A DNA stretch of 64,000 nucleotides from positions 1 through 64,000 of the forward strand of contig JAYTHU010000102.1 of the NCBI GenBank assembly GCA_043732305.1, in the 5' to 3' direction. This document shows positions 59,361 to 64,000 of this stretch, one piece after another. A program made the translations under genes and the position numbers. Position 1 is the stretch's first letter. The number at the start of each line of letters is the position of its first letter. This DNA is from Oligoflexia bacterium. GTDB lineage: Bacteria > Bdellovibrionota > Bdellovibrionia > JABDDW01. A model generated the notes under the pieces. The model searched no databases. It was not told the DNA's origin and worked only from the letters and a program-made list of their open reading frames with translations.

Positions 59361-60095
59361 CTATCGATCCTTGTGGACTTTGACAAGGACTTTTTTGGCG
59401 TAATCCGCATCAACGTGCGTTGCATTGATTTGATGAAGATCTAAATACTGAACGACCTTCCGCGCGCGATCCAAATGCAGAGGAATATTTTCTTTTCCTA
59501 AATCGACAACAATTCCAGTTTTTGACATCACTATCTGAAAACCTTTTTCACTATTGAACTGAATTTCACTCACGTCATCACGGCTCATCGGCCCTTTTTC
59601 AGGAAGCACATGGAGAACCTCTGTAATGGCTTGGGATCGCAATTCTTTATTTTCTAAAATGTTTTTTCCCGAAATCAAAACGTGAGACGAAATATCTTTC
59701 ACCTCTGCTGGACCAAAAATATTTCCTTCTTGATCCACGAATTCCAAATTGCCGGAACCCGCCCCTATCAAGGCGTCGGGTGTTCTTTCAGAAACTTCAA
59801 TTTTTATTTCATCCGGAAAAACTTTCTTCACCTGAACTGATTCAACCCAAGGATCTTTTTCAATTTTCAGAGCGACACTATCCGTTTGAATTTTCCAGAA
59901 CGTGGAGGATTTTACCTGCGCACCGATAGCTTCATCAGCAACAGTCTTCCTGATTCTTTTTTCCGTTTGCGGATTGGCCCCCTGTATTTCTATTTTTTTG
60001 ATGCGCGTGAGATCCGATTTAAACAATGCTTGATACAGCCCCATCACCAGAAGCACCACAAATCCCAAACTGAGACTGATCTTAAAATATCTCAA
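59361..60095 (-). CDS. ftsQ: Cell division protein FtsQ/DivIB
   Basis: N-terminal TM and POTRA (PWVESVQVKKVFPDEIKIEVSERTP). Lies between ddl and ftsA. Confidence 0.88.
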   Translation of the reverse strand: MRYFKISLSLGFVVLLVMGLYQALFKSDLTRIKKIEIQGANPQTEKRIRKTVADEAIGAQVKSSTFWKIQTDSVALKIEKDPWVESVQVKKVFPDEIKIEVSERTPDALIGAGSGNLEFVDQEGNIFGPAEVKDISSHVLISGKNILENKELRSQAITEVLHVLPEKGPMSRDDVSEIQFNSEKGFQIVMSKTGIVVDLGKENIPLHLDRARKVVQYLDLHQINATHVDADYAKKVLVKVHKDR

Positions 60096-61054
60096 GCGTA
60101 ATCAAGAGTGGCGCTTTCCACTAAAGTCTCTATGATTTTTTCGAAACTGATTCCCTCTTTGGCTGCAGATTTAGGAAAAAGACTTGTCTCTGTGCAACCG
60201 GGCAAAGTGTTGATTTCCAAAATAAACGGCTTGTCATCAGGGGTAATGCGCATGTCCACCCGTGCATACTGTCTGCACCCTACAGCTTTGAAAGTTTCTA
60301 GAGCAAAATGCTCACAATCTTTTTTTAATTTTTCAGACAGTGGCGCAGGTACGACATATTCCGTTTCACCAGCAGTGTATTTACGTTTGTAATCATAGAA
60401 ATCACCTTTTGGTCTGATCTCAATGATGGGCAGTGCTCGGTCAAGCCAAATAGGAATGGTGACTTCTCGGCCAGGAATATATTTTTCGATAATAATCACA
60501 CGGTCATATTGAGCAGCAACGGTCAAGCCAGCGGTGATTTCAGATTGAAGTTCGACTGGAGAAAGTTTTTCTTTATTCACAATAGTCACGCCAACGGCGG
60601 ACCCTTCTTGGGCAGGCTTTATCACCAAAGGAGCTTCAATTTTAGATTTGAAATTTTCTATTAGAGATTTTTTCTCTGCAGAAGTTTTTCCACGCAAATC
60701 GAGAACCTGAAAGTCAGGGGTAGGAACACCCCAGTGAGTTAAAATCTGCTTTGTCGCGATTTTGTTCATCGCTAGCGAAGACGCTTGAACGCCGCTTCCA
60801 GTATAAGGAATTTTCATGTATTCCAAGATCCCCTGCACCGTTCCGTCTTCACCATATTTTCCATGAAGAGCCAAAAGCGCACAATCGATTTTTGAAGCCC
60901 TGAGCTGCTCCGGTAAATTCGCGCCTGCGTCTATAACTTCAAAAGGATAATCAAGCGTCTTGATCGCCTTTAAAAAAGCGGCACCAGTCTTGAGACTCAC
61001 TTCTCGCTCGCTGCTCATGCCGCCTTGAATAATTCCAACTCTTTTTTTAGCCAT
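60092..61054 (-). CDS. ddl: D-alanine-D-alanine ligase
   Basis: GG.SSEREVSL, LHGKYGEDG, PYTGSG, EGSAVG, FYDYKRKY, LEINTLPG. Confidence 0.97.
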   Translation of the reverse strand: MAKKRVGIIQGGMSSEREVSLKTGAAFLKAIKTLDYPFEVIDAGANLPEQLRASKIDCALLALHGKYGEDGTVQGILEYMKIPYTGSGVQASSLAMNKIATKQILTHWGVPTPDFQVLDLRGKTSAEKKSLIENFKSKIEAPLVIKPAQEGSAVGVTIVNKEKLSPVELQSEITAGLTVAAQYDRVIIIEKYIPGREVTIPIWLDRALPIIEIRPKGDFYDYKRKYTAGETEYVVPAPLSEKLKKDCEHFALETFKAVGCRQYARVDMRITPDDKPFILEINTLPGCTETSLFPKSAAKEGISFEKIIETLVESATLDYA

Positions 61055-61321
61055 ACAATACCCCTTGTGTTTAATCCACAAGGATATCGTATTGATTTTC
61101 AGACCCTTTTCAAAGCAAAAAATCAGTGCTGGTGAGGCGAGGGTTCAGCATCCTTGTGAAGGGAATTTGCGCCGACCTCACCGCACAAAACTTTTGAACT
61201 CCATTAAATCTCGTCATTAGCCTTGCTCGAGACAATCAAATTAAACTAGAGGTGATTAAGTACCCTCGTAGGAATGCGCCACGCAACCAACTTATGGCTG
61301 ACAGTTCAGAAGAACAGAAGT

Positions 61322-61337
61322 TGGCATAGTGGATGCA
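61322..61337 (+). promoter_or_regulatory. Putative sigma54 (-24/-12) promoter
   Basis: TGGCAT-AGTGG-ATGCA (GG-N10-GC), about 52 nt upstream of ATG 61390. Confidence 0.6.
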
Positions 61338-61389
61338 ATAGATTTATATGTGTCTTTCACCCAATTAACGTTCCTGAAAGGAGCATTTT

Positions 61390-61608
61390 ATGGAAAACAA
61401 AAAAAACACACCGATCAATCAAAATCAAAAGGCAGGCGGCCCGGATCATCAGCAGAAACAGCAGCCTGATCCTACTGGAAACACAAGATTCAATAACGAC
61501 ACTACAGACAATAAAGAAAAAACCAAAAGCGGAAACTTTTCACGAAATCCAACTGAAACAAAATCTACTAATAACTTTAAACCAGATGAATTAGACAGAG
61601 GAGTTTAG
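61390..61608 (+). CDS. Small hydrophilic, probably disordered protein
   Basis: Strong RBS AAGGAG. 72 aa rich in N/K/T/Q/D/P. Opposite strand to the dcw cluster. Confidence 0.7.
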   Translation: MENKKNTPINQNQKAGGPDHQQKQQPDPTGNTRFNNDTTDNKEKTKSGNFSRNPTETKSTNNFKPDELDRGV

Positions 61609-62561
61609 TTTTCGAATTGCCCAAGGAAAATAACTTCTGTCTTTAATTCGACGCCAAAGTCTTCCCTCACTTTTCTCTGACAATAGTTGATGAGAAATTT
61701 AATATCGGAAGCTTTGGCGTTTATTTTATTAATAATAAAATTCGCATGCTTTTCAGAAACCTGAGCGCCCCCTTTAATATAGCCTTTTAGCCCGGCCTCC
61801 TCGATGAGTCGCCCTGCTGACCGCCCATTAGCGTTAACATCTCCTGTAGGATTTCTAAATACTGATCCACAACTTGGCCACTCAAGAGGCTGCTTTTGCG
61901 TGCGTATCTGGTTCAGTTCTTTAACTTTCGGTAAAATAGTATCACTCGGTTGGCCACTCCAAGATATTTTCACTCTGGTGATGATTCCTGGCTGCCAGCC
62001 TTCGCAATGCCTGTAGGACCATCTAAGATTTGATTTTTCTATAATCTCTAATGTGCCGTCAGGCCGAAGGATTTCTACAGCCTCAGTGATTGAGCAAAAT
62101 TCTTGAGGTATTAAATTTTCGGACACGCCGGCGTTCATTATTACGCCTCCCCCTACTTGCCCCGGAAGTCCCGCAAGAAAACACGCCGGTTGAAGCTTTC
62201 TTTTTAGAAAAAGTTTAAGCAATTCGGTTTTAGGAGCTGCAGACGAAATCCAAAAAGAAAACGCTGAACTTGTGTTGGTCGAATCATGAGGCAAAATTTC
62301 GGATAAGATTTCTGGAAGATTACTCTTCCAAATTTTTGAAAGACTTAAAACTAATCCACTGACACCGTCATCACTGATGAGAACATTGGAGCCTCCACCA
62401 AGAACCGTGATGGGCAGATTTCTTTCACGCGCCCAATTTTGAGCAACAGTCAGATCGTCTAAATTTATAGGTTCATAAAAATATTCAGCCAGTCCGCCCA
62501 CATGCCAACTGGTGTAAGCAGCAAGATTGAAGTTTTTCAGAGGAGAAATCGAGTTCATCAT
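61605..62561 (-). CDS. murB: UDP-N-acetylenolpyruvoylglucosamine reductase
   Basis: VGG.A, LGGGSN.L, GLPG.VGG...MNAG, KQPL..PSCGSVFRNP, VSEKHANF, L..EV. Confidence 0.96.
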   Translation of the reverse strand: MMNSISPLKNFNLAAYTSWHVGGLAEYFYEPINLDDLTVAQNWARERNLPITVLGGGSNVLISDDGVSGLVLSLSKIWKSNLPEILSEILPHDSTNTSSAFSFWISSAAPKTELLKLFLKRKLQPACFLAGLPGQVGGGVIMNAGVSENLIPQEFCSITEAVEILRPDGTLEIIEKSNLRWSYRHCEGWQPGIITRVKISWSGQPSDTILPKVKELNQIRTQKQPLEWPSCGSVFRNPTGDVNANGRSAGRLIEEAGLKGYIKGGAQVSEKHANFIINKINAKASDIKFLINYCQRKVREDFGVELKTEVIFLGQFEN

Positions 62562-63931
62562 TTGCCAGCTAGAAGTTCTCGACCCAATTTATAAACATCG
62601 CCAGCTCCTAAAGTCAGGAAAACGTCTTCAGGTTTTAGTTCTGCTTTTAAGATCGCCAAAGCTTTTTTGTGTGAACCCCAATATTTAACATTTTTCTTAC
62701 CTGTTTTTTTCGCCACCGCTCTGGACATTTTCTCAGATGTGAAGCTAGGAAGTTTCTTTTCTCCAGCGGCGTAAACGTCAAGTAGACCTAAAACATCAGC
62801 ACCTTTGAAACAAGACTGAAAATCTTTCCAACAAGCTTTGTTTCGTGAATAGCGATGCGGCTGAAAAGCGACAACGAGACGTCGGTCAGGAAATAATTCT
62901 CTCAGTGCGCTAAGTGTGGCGCGAACTTCCGTCGGGTGATGACCGTAGTCATCATAAATTTCAACGTGAGTGATTTCACCAATCTTCTGCATCCGGCGGT
63001 CGACACCGCTATAATGTCTGATGCCTTCAGCCGCGATTTCAAATCCAAGTCCAAGTTCCAAGCCCACACCTAAAGCGGCCAGACTATTCAAAACATTATG
63101 CCGACCTGGCACGTTCAGAGTCACTTGCCCTAAATGCCTTAGATCAAGACTCACATCGAAAGTTTGCTGACCATTTCGACTCGTCAAATTCTCAGCTCGC
63201 AACTGAGCGTCCTTACCAAATCCATATAGAAGAGTTCGCTTGGTGGAGTGCTTAGCCAACTTTCTCACTTGTAAATCTTCGGAGCATAAAATGGCGCAAC
63301 CATAAAAAGGAACGTGAGAAACGAATTGTTCAAAAGATTTTTTTAAATTATCAAAACTTGAATAATGATCCATGTGATCGTGATCGATATTCGTGACAAC
63401 CGCTAACTCAGGAGAAAGCCTCAAAAAACTCCCATCGCTCTCATCGGCTTCAGCAAGCAACCACTCTCCTTGGCCAAGGCTTGCAGAACTTTTGATCAAA
63501 TCAAGTCTTCCGCCAATCACAATTGTGGGGTCAAGCTTTGCATGAATCATCATTGTCGCAACCATGCTGGTGGTGGTCGTTTTTCCATGAGTTCCGCCGA
63601 TAGCAATTCCGCGCTTGAGACTCATCAATTCGGCCAACATTTCTGCACGTTGAATCACGGGAATTTTTCGGCGACGAGCTTCGATAATTTCGGGATTTTT
63701 TGCATTCACGGCTGAGCTATAAACGACCGCATGACAAAGTTTAGGAAGATTGCCGGCAGCATGACCCTGAAAGGTGTCCACTCCCATGTGCTTGAGTCTC
63801 TCCACTTGAGCGTTAACGCTTTGATCAGAACCCGAAACTGCGCAGCCCATGTTCACAAGAACCTCGGCTATGCCGCTCATGCCGATTCCACCAATGCCTA
63901 CAAAATGTATTTTCGACTTATTTAGTTCCAC
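62558..63931 (-). CDS. murC: UDP-N-acetylmuramate-L-alanine ligase
   Basis: HFVGIGGIGMSG, GTHGKTTTT, EADESDGSF, DHMD.Y, DDYGHHPTE, FQPHRYSR. Confidence 0.98.
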   Translation of the reverse strand: MELNKSKIHFVGIGGIGMSGIAEVLVNMGCAVSGSDQSVNAQVERLKHMGVDTFQGHAAGNLPKLCHAVVYSSAVNAKNPEIIEARRRKIPVIQRAEMLAELMSLKRGIAIGGTHGKTTTTSMVATMMIHAKLDPTIVIGGRLDLIKSSASLGQGEWLLAEADESDGSFLRLSPELAVVTNIDHDHMDHYSSFDNLKKSFEQFVSHVPFYGCAILCSEDLQVRKLAKHSTKRTLLYGFGKDAQLRAENLTSRNGQQTFDVSLDLRHLGQVTLNVPGRHNVLNSLAALGVGLELGLGFEIAAEGIRHYSGVDRRMQKIGEITHVEIYDDYGHHPTEVRATLSALRELFPDRRLVVAFQPHRYSRNKACWKDFQSCFKGADVLGLLDVYAAGEKKLPSFTSEKMSRAVAKKTGKKNVKYWGSHKKALAILKAELKPEDVFLTLGAGDVYKLGRELLAGK

Positions 63932-63936
63932 AGCTT

Positions 63937-63964
63937 TTTATACCCTCTGCCGGGGATTTGTCAA
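63937..63964 (-). promoter_or_regulatory. Near-consensus sigma70 promoter immediately upstream of murC
   Basis: Minus strand TTGACA-N16-TATAAA, ending 5 nt before the GTG start. Confidence 0.55.
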
Positions 63965-64000
63965 AGTTCCCATTTACTTTAAGGTGCCGCTTGGCTAGCT

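Overview
This is chromosomal DNA of moderate-to-low GC. Gene content and style (myxobacteria-type Ser/Thr kinase with PEGA domains, GYF/TPR protein, degenerate GGDEF protein, many orphan secreted proteins and lipoproteins, sigma54-type promoters) suggest a Bdellovibrionota/Oligoflexia-like organism; this is inference. Housekeeping blocks include yhaM-like/aminotransferase IV/dcd, alr-mlaEFD-purH, tRNA-Thr(CGT), nadB, pyrE, addAB, coaE, an acyl-CoA ligase, nadK-recN and part of the dcw cluster (murC-murB-ddl-ftsQ-ftsA-ftsZ-lpxH). The most interesting region is about 32.4-41.3 kb. It holds three paralogous TraF/FadL/PorV-like outer-membrane barrels interleaved with two Cys-containing Ala/Ser/Thr-rich lipoproteins. 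It also holds a signal-peptide-bearing protein that appears to fuse a FemABX/GNAT-like domain to a Leu/Phe-tRNA-protein-transferase (Aat)-like domain. Other notable items are a His-less HisKA protein coupled to a catalytically degenerate GGDEF protein whose gene ends inside the tRNA, a PLD with both HKD motifs changed to HKN, a REP/MITE-like inverted-repeat element, and an operon for a giant lipoprotein, an AMIN-like protein and an OMP. All family calls come from motif recognition by eye, not database searches.
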